Positions 37,691-51,267 of a stretch of DNA of 64,000 nucleotides are shown piece by piece. Made by a program: the position numbers and the translations under genes. Source of the stretch: Callorhinchus milii (Eukaryota); contig NW_024704742.1 of the NCBI RefSeq assembly GCF_018977255.1, positions 42,720,001 through 42,784,000 on the forward strand. The letters are read 5' to 3'. Every line of letters begins with the position of its first letter. Within the stretch, counting starts at the first letter, position 1. The notes beneath the pieces were generated by a model. That model did no database searches. It was not told where the DNA came from and saw nothing but the letters and a program-made list of their open reading frames with translations.

Positions 37691-38339
37691 TACACAAGTC
37701 TGAAAATAAAACCAATATAAACCATCGTACATTGTATAGACTATAATTTTGCATGTATAATGTTGTGTAGCTCTTGTAAAAAAAATTGTGCATCTTGCAG
37801 AGCCTCAAAAACTAAACTTACAGCAAAGTAGTTGGCAGAGGCTTGAAATTGACCCAAGAGTGAAGTAATCTGATTTATGTTTGGTCTTCAATAGTTTGAT
37901 GTTTGAGTTATTGAAGGTGAACCTCAAAGTACTTGAATTATTAGCAGATGGGTCATTAGCCTGACTCATTTAAGAAACAGCTTGCAGCTATAATGGGAGG
38001 ACAGTATATATGCTGGAAAGATGAGATCAAATAGTCCAAAGGGGCCTTCTTTTTGGGACTTTGTGAACTTAGTGAACCTTGTGAACACCAGTCTTATTCA
38101 TCTATTGTTTTAAACATTCAGTTCTCTCAGACTGCTGGGCACCTTTAGTTTCATGAGCAATTTTTGCCTTGAATTACTCATCTTTAATTGGAAAGATGAG
38201 ATGGTACAGGTCACAATTTTTTGCATAATCACAGCACTGTTCAATCAGATTGTTGTGAAGGTGGAAGAACCACATCAATTTTACCAAACTCTCTCCATCC
38301 CTTGAGGGTTCATTTGTGACTAAGTCTCTTGAGTACCAA

Positions 38340-38750
38340 TGAATTCATCTCAAAGCTCTTCAGAGGAATTTCAATAAAGTGTAGTGCCCGTGTATTTGTA
38401 GGGGAATGTGGCAGTCAATTTATGTGCAACAATTGTGCCACAAAAAACAGCCTTGAAATGAATGACCAATTTATCAAGAGGAATACTGGCCAAGACACAG
38501 GGGAAAAACTGCCTTTGTTTTTCACACAATGCGATGAAATCTTTACGTTCCAGCTAAACAAGCAGGCAGAACCTTAATTTAACATCTCATTCGAAAGAGA
38601 GCAACTCTGATAATGCAGTACTTACTCACTACTTGCAGTGAAGTGTCAACCTGGACTATGAGTTGAGATTCACATATTGGAAGCTTGAACCTACAGCAGT
38701 CTGACCCAGAGGTCAGAATGCTATCAACTAAGCCTCCAAATCTGAGACTG
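38340..38750 (-). mobile_element. SacSINE1-like SINE
   Basis: Deu core, body and head on the minus strand. Confidence 0.8.
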
Positions 38751-39234
38751 CATGACATGGAAATAAATAATAATGAGTAACTGACAATCTTTTTGACTGT
38801 GCCTTCAGCCACCTCCACCCCACTTGCCCTAAGTCTAACTTAGTTAGTGCTCCCAGGTTGTTGGTATTGTACATTCATGACATTTGGGCTCATCATATTT
38901 TATGGAGAAGTCTTAATATAACATTATCATGAAAGTGCAAGCTACTTGGATCTATTACCATGGAATATAAAAGTTAAAGGAATAATCTTTAATGTAGCAG
39001 TGGTGCCACCTGCTGACCACAAAACCAGTTTAATACTGCATACAATGTTCTCATTTTCAAACAGGCCTCTGTATTTTGGGGAATTGCGAAAGTAACAGTA
39101 AATTTTTAAAAGTAAACTTTGAGACGTCGAGAAGATGTGAAAAGCACTATGTCAAATGCAAGGATTATCATTATAAATAATAATTTACAAAATACATAAA
39201 CTGACACTTTTTCCTTCATCATACAAAAAAAATA

Positions 39235-39780
39235 AACAACAACAAACTTGCATTTATATAGTGCCCTTCATGAGGGGCAGCATTCGGAATGCTTAAACAT
39301 GGACAAGATGGAAACCATCCTCCTTGTCTCCTGCCTATGTTTCATAACTTCCAGCTCCAACTTCCTCAAAATCGCAAAACGAGTGTGTAACCTTGGCATC
39401 GACTTTGATCCTCAGCTCCCTTTTCTAACCCTTACTGTCTCTGACTACTGACAAAAGACTACTTTTGTTCATCTCCACCAAATTGTCTGCCTCTGACCTT
39501 AGCACACTAAAAATGCCTCCAAAATACTTATTGACGCTTTCAGCACCTCCTGGCTGGATTTTTCTAATGCACTCTTGCTGGTCTCCTAGTCCACCATCCA
39601 TAAACCTTTATCCAAAACTACACCACCCGCATTCTCCAACCTTTATATGTCCAAAACCACAGTCCGGGTCATGCTCCATTAGTATCCTGTCCCTGAGCAG
39701 ATCGATGTCAAGGTACTCACTCTCACCTACTAAACTCTCCAAGATGTTATTTTATCTGAAGAGAGCTATATACATGTAGG
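39235..39780. mobile_element. L2 tail (minus, ~39235-39300) abutting an old plus-strand L2 fragment
   Basis: aacaacaacaaacttgcatttatatagtgccc followed by aaccttggcatcgactttgatcctcagctc. Confidence 0.7.
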
Positions 39781-39954
39781 TTGTAAAATCTTAATTTCTT
39801 CAACTGATAAATAAGTTGAGTAATTAAAGAATAGAACACACATTTTCTTTTTGGAAATTCACAAAAGCTTGATAATTTGACTGTAATGTTGCTGTAAGAT
39901 GTGGTATCAGAATAGGTCATCATTCTTGTAAAAGGTGCATCTGCATATCAAACA

Positions 39955-40150
39955 ATCATAACATAACATAACACAACACAACATAACACAGCATATGTAG
40001 GAGCAGGAGTAGGCCATTCAGCCCTTCGAGCCTGCCCCGCCATTCAATCATGGCTGATCTTCTAATCTAACGCCAGTTAATAATCTAACCCTGCCTTATC
40101 CCCATATCCCTAATCCCTTTTGCAATAAGAAATCTATCTACCTCAGTCTA
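39955..40150 (-). mobile_element. CR1 3' end with an (ACATA)n tail
   Basis: taggagcaggagtaggccattcagcccttcgagcctg, a typical shark CR1 3'UTR. Confidence 0.88.
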
Positions 40151-40559
40151 TCTCAATCCTAAAACACGCATTTGACCCTTTATTTAGTTTATTTGCCCTT
40201 TGCTGGCAAGGCAATGCTAACAGGCTGTGACAATGATGGTGGCAGATTTTGCTGTAATGGAGCGTTAAGTTGTGTGCATTTGTTCCAGCTGTCTGGATAT
40301 GTCCTCATAACCAGGATACCACTCTAGTAGCAGACAAATACAATGAGGAGAGACTGATCTTGCCCCAAATCATAACAAGAACAGACTGCCAGAAGACCAA
40401 GGACTAAAGTATGATTTAAAAGTTGTTAAGGACAAAACACTGAATGTCAGAATGGGTAATAACTTGATCAGGTGCATTCAAGAAAGTTATTTCAAAAAGT
40501 TTTGAAAAATGATCTTATGAAATAAGAGAAGGTGCTAATATTTATTTCCAAACATTTTG

Positions 40560-40900
40560 TAGGAAAATGAGGCAGCCAATTTGCACACAGCAATGTCACA
40601 CAAACAGCAAAGAAGTGAATGATCTTTTTTTTATTATGAAGGAAAGTTAGCCAGGACAGCAGGAAAAACTCCCTTCTCTTTTCAAACAGTCCTATGGGAT
40701 CTTTAACATCCACCAATCGTCAGGCGAGACCTCGGATTAATGTCTCATCCAAAGGATGGCAATTCAGAGAATGCCGCATTTCTTCAGCATTGCAGTGGTG
40801 TGTCAACCTAAACTGGAAGCTCAAGTTCCGACAAGATGCTTGAATCCACAACACTTGGACTCAGAGATGAGAGTGCTACCAACTGAGCCAGCCTGACACA
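40560..40900 (-). mobile_element. SacSINE1-like SINE
   Basis: ggcagccaatttgcacacagcaatgtc...gagtgctaccaactgagccagcctgacac. Confidence 0.87.
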
Positions 40901-41104
40901 CTGACACCTCACAGGTGGATCTATGCCAAACAGTTTGAAGATTCTTTTGTAAAGGTGAACATGTTTACCAATATTAAACACAGTAAATTACATTTCATTT
41001 CAAGCTAAGATTGCTCTACCCATTGGCTTATGTGGTACAGTCTGGCTAGGAAATGGCTTTACCCATTGGCACCTGAAGACTTTTCCCTTGACCATGCCTA
41101 CTCT

Positions 41105-41335
41105 GGATTTTTACACAAATGGTAGTGGAAATCTGTAACTCTCTCCCCCAGAAAGGCTGTGTGGATGCTGGATCAATTGAAATTTTCAAGACCGAGGTTG
41201 ATAGATTTTTGTGAGGTAAGGGTATCAAGTGATATGAAGGAAAGGCGGCTAAATGGAGTTGAGATAGAGATAACCATGATTGAATAGAATGACAAAACAG
41301 GCTCGAGGTCCTGTAGCTGTTGATTCACAGCAATG
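41105..41335 (+). mobile_element. CR1 3' end
   Basis: actctctcccccagaaaggctgtgtggatgctggatcaattgaaattttcaagaccgaggttgatagattttt. Confidence 0.88.
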
Positions 41336-41616
41336 AAGAAAAAGGAATGATAATCCTTGCAGTTGAACAATATAACAAAAAAGCAATATGAGCAAAAAAA
41401 GAGACAATATATGATCACAATAATAATCCTTGCAATTGATATTGAATTGGATTATCGTGGTGTCAGAATGTCTCAAAGCACTTCACAAGATTCACTGAAA
41501 GGGCGGTGACTATGTATTTGTAGGCTAATAAGAGCAACAAAGAAGCAATAATAAAATAATAATTAGGCAAACGCCATAATTCTCTTTATTTTAACTCTTA
41601 TCTTTTTGAGTGGGAC

Positions 41617-41934
41617 ATCAGACTCCGGCTGCTCCATGTCTCCCGCCCGACCTGCCCTACCATCGGTGGCCGGGATTTCAGCCTCTCTGCCCCCACACTC
41701 TGGAACTCCATCCCACGCTCTCTTCGCCTCGCTTCCTCCCTTGCCTCCTTCAAGACCGGTCTCAAGACCCTTCTCTTCAACTGTGACTTTGGTCTCCCTC
41801 CCACCTCTTTGCCTTCCCTCACCCCTACACCACCCCTCCCCCATGCTCGGGCCCCGACACCCGACTGTTCAGCGCTTTAGGACGTCCTCCCGACATGAAA
41901 GGCGCTCTATAAATGTAATTTAGGTTCTTGTTGT
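41617..41934 (+). mobile_element. L2 3' fragment
   Basis: Similar to the reverse complement of 7322-7640; ggacgtcctcccgacatgaaaggcgctct. Confidence 0.92.
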
Positions 41935-42319
41935 GGGAGAGTGATGTTCCATTTCATCATGATGAGAGATTTCACTGCCAGGAAATGGAACTTTTCACAT
42001 TTTTTTTACCCCTGGGGCCAGCTTTAAGAACTCACAGTTCAGAGATAATTTTGGCCAAAATTAGTCTCCTACCACACAGTGCCAACAGCATGTCTTCAAC
42101 ACAATTTGAGGAGGGAGCCACCTGCTGCCGGCTTCAGCACTTTCAGGCTGCTGCTGCGTTAATAATAGTGAAGGGCAGAGGACTGTAACGCCATAGCAGA
42201 ATAAGCTGCAAAGAAATATTTAAACCAAAATTCTAGGCACAATAACAGAATTTAAAGCAGTCAGAGCTATACACTGTATACAGAACACGTGCTCTAACAA
42301 AGCCATGTACCACAATATT

Positions 42320-42535
42320 TTACAATTAAATAGCACTTTTCACATCAGGAGGACTTTTCAAAGTGTTTCATATACAGCTGACTGGGAGCCTGAGCTGGGT
42401 GAGTGGGGTGAGAAGGGGAGGGCAAAAGTGCTTGAAAGCCTGGTCGAAGTGATAGGTCTTAAAGTGGGTTTTGAAGACGGGGAAGAAAGGGCCAGGCAGA
42501 GGGTCTGTGGGATGAAGTCCCGAGCTGGAATATAA
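42320..42535 (-). mobile_element. Old L2 3' end
   Basis: cacttttcacatcaggaggac...ggtcttaaagtgggttttgaagacgggg. Confidence 0.75.
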
Positions 42536-43676
42536 CCAAAGGAAGCAGGTGCGTTTTATAGTGAGTTGGGAATGATCAAGGCAAGGGTTTGATGGGGAAG
42601 GTTTACACATGGAATGGATACCTAGGAATGGTTACAAGGCAATAGATTCATTGAACAGTTTGGATGATTTCTACACCGAGAAGAATATAAAACAGACTGA
42701 TTTGAAGTCAGTAAAGATAATTAAGGACTTTGAATCTTCATCAGCCACCACAGTGACAAAACATGAGTTTGTAAGGCTCACTTCAATCCTGATTAGAGGT
42801 GTGATTAGAGCATTCAGATTGCAATACAGTAGATGCAACCATTTATTTTTGTGCACTGCGTGTTTTATTCATTGCTGAGTCTATTTTTGTGCTGAAATAG
42901 GTTGGTAGTGCAGCTGCCTAACGATAGCACACTCCATTTTGTCTGTGTGTGATGGGCTTCAAGATGCAGCTTGTCAGGTCTTCATATGAATCTATTGATA
43001 AATTAGTTTCAAGATGAAGTTCTTCATTTTTTTTTGGACGGATATTATTAGAATGTGCAACGCCTTACCACAACTGGCTGCAGAAACCAAGTCAATTAGA
43101 GTATTTATCAGAACAAATACTTGAAAAAAATAATATTAAAGGGTATTGGGAAAGGATGTCAGGATGGGATTAGAGCAGATGGCTACAGTGGGTGAGCTGA
43201 TGTCAGCACAGACCTGATAGTTGATTGGTCTCCTATAATTGTTCTATGATTCTATGATATCAGATAGCGCACCATGACGCTTTCCTTATAGGAGATAATG
43301 CCTTTCCATACATATACGAATCCAAGTTGTTGTTGCTCTTGACATTGAAGGAAAACTGCAATGTGTTTCACCGACAAAAATACACAGTCAATTTACTTTA
43401 CAGTATTTTTTGTGAAGCGCTTTGAGACTTCTCAATGATGTGATAAGGCGCTATATCACGTATGAAGTATCAAACGTTCTAGTATATAAGTTAGTTTTTA
43501 CATTTCTTTTCAAATTTGAGTTTTTATTATTATATTTAAATAGATTACAAGAGATTTAGCAAAATCCTAATGTCGTATTTGTCCTACATTATATAATATG
43601 AGAGCACATGAGTCATGAAGACAATGCATGTGCGTCCTACTCACCATTCATTTACTCTTTCCTCAAATCAGACCCT

Positions 43677-43945
43677 CAAGCAAGTGAGAGACCTGGGTTT
43701 GATTCCTGGCTGGGCAAAACCTTGGGCCAGTTTCCTTACCCCACACGCCTGATAATAATCTCTCAAGAAAAGAAACAATAATAAATTGGTCATTTCAATC
43801 CACGACTGTTTGTGGGATACTGCTGTGCACAATTGGCTGTCATGTTTCGCCCACAAATATACAGTCAATTCCCTTTAGAGTATATTCTGTGAAGCACTGA
43901 GATGTCTAGAAGACGTGAAAAACGCCATATCAAGGATTATTATTG
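43677..43945 (+). mobile_element. tRNA-Ala-type SINE, 5'-truncated
   Basis: gcaagtgagagacctgggtttgattcc...gatgtctagaagacgtgaaa. Confidence 0.92.
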
Positions 43946-44254
43946 TTACAATGAAAGACAGCTGAGGAAGAGTTTCAGCCTTTATTCATTGTACGGGAGA
44001 AAGAAACCAGCTAAACATCTCAGCTGGCAGGTATAATTTGATCTGCAAGAATTATTATTTGACAAACATTAACTTCTAACCGAAAGATTTCTTCACGGGA
44101 TTCTTTCTTATCTTAGCTTCTATAAATGGTGCAGGACCTTTGAGATCCATTTCTAGTCATACCCATCAACAGAAGCTGTGAACATTTGGTCAACCTTTAA
44201 TGCACTGCATTATTATCAATGCCAACACTAAATGGATTGGTCCAATGAAAAATT

Positions 44255-44910
44255 AGCAACAACTCACACGTATATGGTGCCTTTTACACAGAACAATTCA
44301 AAACTCTTCACCTGGATAGTGTGGGACACTGAGCAAGATGGGAAGTAAGGGAATAAGGAAAGAGGGACTGAAGGATTGGTCAAGGAAGTAGCTTAATTGC
44401 AGAATTTGAAGGAATTGTGAGAGATTAGTGACTAGTGGTCACCCATAGCGGGTCAGAAGATGAAAGGGATGTGCACATGACTGGAAGAGAGAAGGGAGTA
44501 AATAGGACAGCCAGAGGAAACTGCAGAGGAAGGAAGGGACAAGGACATGGAAAATATAAAGGTTAGTATGAGGATCTTGAAGTCAATCTGATAGGAGATC
44601 AGGAGACAGTAGAGCCTGATGAGGATCAGGATGACAAGAACAGGAAGCCTAGTGCAGTAAAGGCTACAGGATGCAGATCAACTTATCCATATTAAGTTGG
44701 AGGATGTTTTGGCTCATCGAGGCTTTAATGTCTGACAGAGACTTTAAAGTGAACAGAATATTAGTGTACCTGGAGTCAAGGGTAGAAGTGGAAAAGTAGA
44801 CTTGCATGTCATATGTATACATGAGGAAGTTAACCCCTTGTCTGTGGATTCTGTTGCCAAGAAGGAACATGTGGATGAGGAAAAGGAGGGGGCCATGGAT
44901 AGAGTACTGA
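44255..44910 (-). mobile_element. Old L2 with an RT remnant
   Basis: GVNFLMYTYDMQVY (a decayed [10 protein letters not shown]) and LSDIKASMSQNILQLN. Confidence 0.85.
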
Positions 44911-45429
44911 GTTCAAGAATGCTACCAAAAGAGCTTCTCGATGTACAACAAGGCCAGTAATATAAACTGTCAACAGTAATTGTAATCAGTCAATTGACAT
45001 GCAGGCAATTGCAATCTTACTGTTAAAAGACAATTTATTTGCAATGTGTTATGTGAAGTTCCAGGACTGCTTTATTGCAACAATTCAGTTTGACCAGAAG
45101 GTGGTGCCCTTGATTCATGGAATCACAGTACATTTGCAGTGCTTGTCAAACTGTAATGAACTCATCATTCCCTTAAAAGAAAACATGGTAAGAAGCTAAA
45201 CTTCGAATATTTTCGTTAGGAAATTAAACACTCAAATGAATGACTTTGTGTCATTTTGATAATACTATATATATCTAACATATATGGTGAGCTATTTTCA
45301 GAATTCAACTCTGTGTCATGCTTATTATTGTAGCTAGCACTGGATTCAATTGGATTCAATAAATACTCAATTTATTTGCTAGAACATTTTTCATGTTACA
45401 AGCACAAAATGTGAAATAAATTTATAAAT

Positions 45430-45910
45430 TGTATTAAACTTTTGTGTGAAGTGTGCAATGTTGACAAGTTCCATAACCGGGGACAGACGTATAAGATAGC
45501 GATGAGGGAGAATTTCTTTGTGCAGACGGTAATGAGAATGTGGAACTTGCTGTAGAGCAGATGGTACAATAATAATAATCCTTGCATTTGATATATTGCC
45601 TTATTACGTCTTCTAGACGTCTCAAAGCGCTTCATAGAATATACTGTAAAATGAATTGACTGTATATTTTGTGGGCCAAACGTGGCAGCCAATTGCGCAC
45701 AGCAGTGTCCCACAGAAGGTCGTGGATTGAGTGTCAAAATTATTATTGTATAGGTGCATTTTAGAGGAAGTTGAATGTACACACAAGAGAGAAAGGAATA
45801 GAAGGGTATGGGAGGCAGTAAGAAATGAGTGGAGACTCATGTGGAGTATGAACATCAGCAAAAACTTGTTGGGCCATATGTCGAGATTCCAAGCTTTACA
45901 GTCCATGTAA
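45430..45910 (+). mobile_element. CR1 3' end split by a minus-strand SINE (45567-45750)
   Basis: aatttctttgtgcagacggtaatgagaatgtggaacttgct...[SINE]...gcattttagaggaagttgaatg. Confidence 0.8.
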
Positions 45911-46141
45911 ATATAGTATAGAAATAATGCATTTCAGCAGTGGTATGAGATTTTTAAAATATAAATTCAAAAACTTATTTTTAAGAAAAAACAAATCTTG
46001 AACTATAGGTCCATAAACCCAACATGGAAAAATACCCGAAAAATTCAAAGTCTCAAATGTGAAAACTGAAATTCTGGGGAATCTAACGAAAGTTTCATCA
46101 CAAGAATATAAGATGATGTGGAACAAAAAAGTGTTTTTTTT

Positions 46142-46545
46142 TATAATCATAATGCTTGCATTTGATAAATGTGCCTTATCACATTCTCTAAATATTTCAA
46201 AGTGCTTCACAGAAATTTACTGCAAAATGCTGTGACTGACTGTGTATTTGTATTTGTGGGCAAACGTACAGTCATGCATATTGCACAAAGCAATGTCCCA
46301 CAAGCAGCTGTGAAGTGAATGGTCAATTTTACCTGGGAGATTTGTTGACCAAGACATTGGGAGGAACTCCCTTTTCTTTTTTAATAGTACTGTGGGATAT
46401 TTAACCTCCACCTGAACAGGAAAACAAGACCTCGGTTTAATGTTTCATCCAAAGGATTGTATTGGAGTGTCAGCCAAGACTGCAAGCTAAAAGTCCTGAC
46501 ATGCAGATGGAACGCATAATCATTTGATTCAAGGGCGGAGACCTA
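46142..46545 (-). mobile_element. SacSINE1-like SINE
   Basis: Tail, Deu core and body. Confidence 0.82.
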
Positions 46546-47023
46546 CTTTACATCCTGATGCACATTTTCAGTCAAGAGATGCTATTTACCCTGCCATTTG
46601 CTAGGCAAGCTCGTTTTAAACCCTGTTTCCAAAACTGTTTTTGTTGTTTTATTCATGTATGTCCCAGAAAAAATAATGATCCAAATTTCCAACAATATCT
46701 ATATTATTTAGTATTTATCATTGCTTTTCTCCCTCTGTGTTGCTTGCACCCTCTCTCTGCTAATTCTTCCCCCATCATTCTTTGTTCAGTTGCTTGCTTC
46801 TTTGCTCTATTTCTGTATAATTGCTTTTTGTCCTGGTGTCATCTTTCATTTATTTCCATTCCATTCTGGGACATCAATCCAAACTCAGGGCACACACTCT
46901 CCAACAGCTGCTTAGACCCAACATATGGCATACAAAATTTTCATGAAATCAGATTGTAGCCAAAGGAAGCTTCTGAGAGGAGTTTGGTGGATCGAGTGAA
47001 GTTATGGCAGGTCACCTTGAGCT

Positions 47024-47236
47024 ACAAAAACAGAAGTCGCTGGGAACACTCAGCAGGTCAAGCAGCATCTACGGAGAAAGGAAAGTGAGTCAATGTTTTG
47101 GGTCCATGATCCTTCATCAGAACCTGAAAAGTTGACTCACTTTCCTTTCTCCATAGATGCTGCCTGACCTGCTGAGTGTTCCCGGCGATTTCTGTTTTTG
47201 TTTTCAGATTTCCAGCATCTGCAGTATTTTGGGTAC
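47024..47236. mobile_element. Penelope-like element end with an inverted 5' arm; hammerhead-like core at the centre
   Basis: 70-bp inverted arms (47024-47093 and 47132-47201); the minus-strand centre reads ctgatgaaggatcatggacccaaaac. Confidence 0.85.
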
Positions 47237-47919
47237 TGTGAGATACATTTGGGTTTATAGACAATTCACTATTTGTAAATTCTTTTACAAATCCAGCAGA
47301 ATATCTATCCCCTCGCCACCATCTGTATCCTTAATCCCTTCAATTCTGACTTTAACTTGATATTTATCAAGTGTAAACTATTTTTCTATCAGCAATGAAG
47401 AGCCAGAAGAAATACGCGTTATTTTTGACATAATGGTACTCTATGTGAGAAATACATGCAATTTCTACCACCCCATTTCAAACAGAAAAGGATTTACAAC
47501 CATTTTTGCATAAACATATACTGGTTCCACCCCATCATGTCTCCCTCTTCTTCCACTGAACTTTTGTGAGACAGTATATGAGATTATATTCACTTCAAAC
47601 TCTTCCAGAATATCTATTACTAAAAACAACTGGCAACTGAGTGCCAATATTAAAAATAAAATGAGGCGAGACCTTGTTTTGGTTCAGATAAACCAAAACA
47701 AGATCAAACTAAATGATTTTGCATGTAACACTTTCGCAAAATTTTAGAGAGCTATGATGCTGAATAAAACATATGTGTCATTCTTTGAAATTGGCTGACA
47801 ATTTGACATTTCTGAGATGGATGATAATTATTCTGTGTCATCTCAATAAGTCTCTGAGAATCTCCAGTTTTAAGGTCCTATGAACTTGGTTCAAATACTT
47901 TTAAAATAATTTCTAATGC

Positions 47920-48900
47920 CATTCCTTGAAGCTCCCTGGCCTCTCTCTCAAACTCCCACAAAACCGCTGTCATCAGTTCTCTCTTACCCTCGATCCCTCG
48001 AACCTCACAAATTGCAGACTCATCTCAAACCCGCCCTTCCTGGCCAAAGTTTTGGAACGCGTGGTTGCAAATCAACTTCGCTCACACCTCTTCCTCCACT
48101 CCCTACTCGAAAACCCCCAGTTTTCGCACTGCCTACAGCACAGAGACAGCACGCGTCAAAATAACAAATTACATCCTCTCTCTCTGTGACTAGTGCTCCC
48201 TCTGCTTCCTAGTCCTCCTGGATCTCTCTGCCACATTTGACACAGTCGACCATTCCATCCTCCTTCACCGCCTCTCCGCCTCATCCACCTTAGTGGGACC
48301 GCACTTGCATGGTTCGAGCGCTACTTGACTAACTGGCAACAATATATCTCGGCAAACGGTTTCTCCTCTCACCCTGCCCGGTTACCTGCCAGGTACCCCA
48401 GGGCTCCATCCTTGTCCCTCTTCTTTTCCTTATCTATATGCTCCCTCTGGCGATGTCATCCGCAGATTTCCACATGTATGCGGATGACACCCAAATCTAC
48501 TTTGCCTCCTCCAGCTGTGACTCCCAGTCCGCTACTATCCTGTCAGCTTGTTTGACGGACATCAAGGCCTGGATGAGCGCAAATTTCCTGCAGCTTGAAC
48601 GTCAGCAAGATGAAAACCATACTCTTTGGCTCCCTTTAACGTCTCCTCCACTCCACCATCGGCGGACGTGCTTTCAGCCACAACGCCCTGAAACTCTGGA
48701 ACTCTCTCCCTCAATCGCTCCGCCTTGCCCCCTCCCTCTCCACTTTAAAATCTCACCTAAATACCTTCCTTTTTGATCGTGCTTACGGTCACCTCCCATT
48801 CCCTCTCCCCCGGCTCAGGATCAGGCTCCACCACTGTCAAGCGCTCCAGAACGCTACCCTGCATGAAGGGCATTACACAAATGCAAGTTGTTGTTGTTGT
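47920..48900 (+). mobile_element. L2 with an RT remnant and internal deletion
   Basis: [38 protein letters not shown]; (GTT)n tail. Confidence 0.95.
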
Positions 48901-49378
48901 AAATGATCCAGTGTGCAACTTTAGCTTTCTGTTTAAGCCATAGTTCTCCTTCCTTCTTCATGTTCGGTCTCTTACCGAGATTGCACACAAAATGCTGCCA
49001 AACCCTCATTCACTCCATTGTTTACACCAGACTTGATTTCACAAATACACTAATCATTCCCTAGTTTCACCATCCACAGGTTTCGAATCGTACAAATCTC
49101 CACCATCCACTAGTTCACCTGCACAAAACTCCACATGTCCTTGCCAGGCTCTACACCTCACACTCACTTATAAATTCCTTAATACGCTATAATTTTCCTA
49201 CCACTTTGATCTTCTCCCACTTCACTTTACTTCTACCCTTCTCTGCTTGGCAAATTTGTTACATCCTGCATCCCGTCTATCTCACCACTGCTGCTGAGTT
49301 TTCAGCAACTAGACACATTACCTGTGAAACCCCTTCCCTCGACCCTTCGATCTCACCCCCTCCCCATTTATCTTTAAA

Positions 49379-49597
49379 CACAGTCAGTAAGTTTCCAATA
49401 TTTCTACTTGGTTGTTGATTCCTGATCAAGTAAGAAGGGGGAGGTGATTGTAGGTGTGGTAGAAAAAGTAGGTTTTTAAAAAGGATAAATTTACTTGGCA
49501 GAATTTACAAATTTAATAACAAAATATTTGGATCTCACATACCAATTAGATTCGGAATCAAGAACCAAGTAGAAATATTGGAAACTTACTGACTGTG
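49379..49597. repeat. 44-bp inverted duplication (arms 49379-49422 and 49554-49597)
   Basis: One mismatch between the arms on manual reverse complement. Confidence 0.93.
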
Positions 49598-49954
49598 GAC
49601 GTAAGTCGTTTTTTTTTAAATTCTGCTTCAGAAATGCAAATGGTTTTAACCTCAGTCTTTCAAGCATCAAATCATGTCATTTGCTTGCTGAAATGAATTC
49701 ATGACTTTGCTTTGACTTGAATGGCCCCATTTGCGATCCACATTATGAATTGTGAGTTTTTAATATATTATTAGAGATAAATGTTAAACATGAGTGGGAA
49801 AAAATGAAAACATTGCAGTTTGTGTCAAAGATGAAGAATCGATGTCCCAAATTTGACATTTGGGGTGCAAAGAGTTGATTAAAGACCCTGGTTATTGTAG
49901 GCAATGTGTTTGTTTTATAATTTATATGATGGGATCATAAAGGTTAACATTTCT

Positions 49955-50280
49955 ACATGCCCTCATTTCTCCCTACCTCTGTGACCTTCTCCAGTTTGAT
50001 TCTCCTGCTCAACCCCTCCACTTGATAAACTTGGACCGGTTGTGTGTTCCTCTCCCCTCCTCCTCACCATCAACTAACTGAGTCTTTAGCTACTGGTCCT
50101 CAAATCTCTGGAACTCCCTCCCTAAATTCTCCAGCTTATCTTTATCTGCCTGTCTGTCTGTCTTTAAAAGCTCCCTGGAAAACAGCCGCTTCAAGTATGC
50201 CTATTCCCTGCTTGTTGTCTCAGTGAAGTATGTTAAGATCCCAAATGAAAGGTGCTCTGTACATTCAAGTTGCTGGTGTG
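49955..50280 (+). mobile_element. Old L2 3' fragment
   Basis: ccctacctctgtgaccttctccag...ctctggaactccctccct...aaggtgctctgtacattcaagttgctg. Confidence 0.75.
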
Positions 50281-50621
50281 GTTTAAACACTTACTGGTGT
50301 TGAGGGTCCAAGATACAAACTTTGTTTAAACTAAGTCAAAGAAAGATTGGCAATACCATGGATAGCTATGCATTGGTCTGGACGTTCGCTTGGGGTTTTG
50401 CCTTTTGAGAAATGTTCAAAATATTTCTAAACACAGTGCACGTTTGAAGTCCTCTGACTCACTGAAGCAATTATAAATATACGTTTGCTTCCATCATTCT
50501 GGAGTAGACTTTCAGATGGAAAGCCAGGAAGTCTCACGGGATACAAGCTTCAGTTATGAAGTAACATTTCTGAAACGATTCAACTCCTACATGAATTGTT
50601 CTCTTCAATGAAGCTTCTAGA

Positions 50622-50818
50622 TGTTTTTTTTAGGTCAGCCGGGTGTCTGACAAATGCGGAAAACCTTTGCCACGCTTAAGAGTATCCAAACCAAGATTTA
50701 CATGCATTTCCACGCTGCTTGTCCAGCTAGGACCAAACGACCCGAAAGGGGTTTAGCTTACAGGGTTAACGGGAGCAAAGTGGGATGACTTTATGCCCCC
50801 AGTGACTGGTCTGGCCTG
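50622..50818 (-). mobile_element. Unclassified poly(A) retroposon, internally deleted copy
   Basis: ttttttttaggtcagccgggtgtctgacaaatgcggaaaacc...gcttaagagtatccaaacc...gctgcttgtccagctagg. Confidence 0.85.
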
Positions 50819-51267
50819 TTTTAAAGAATAATAATAATAATAATCCTTACATTTGACAGTGTCAGTGTCAGGAGGACACAATTTACTTTAATGTGTAGTG
50901 ACCGTGTTTTGTGGGCAATCACAGCAACCAACTTGAGCACAATCTATTTATTTGTTCTATCTGTAAATAATTACATCTGTCAGTAGCCAAACTGTTATTT
51001 GCGTGAATGAACTACAAGTATTGGTGGTATATCTGTAATCAGACTTCACTTTAGGAGTTTGTGACTTGGGATGTGTAATATGTCAAACCTCTAAACGCAT
51101 ATTTTATCCTGATTTTCCTTCTACGGAACACAATAAGAACTTCATAGAATCAGATGAATCATATAATTATACAGCACAGAAGGAGGGCATTCGGCCCATC
51201 GTGTCTATGTCGGCTCTTTGAGCTATCCAAATCAATCCCACTACCCCACTCTCTCCCCATAGTACAG

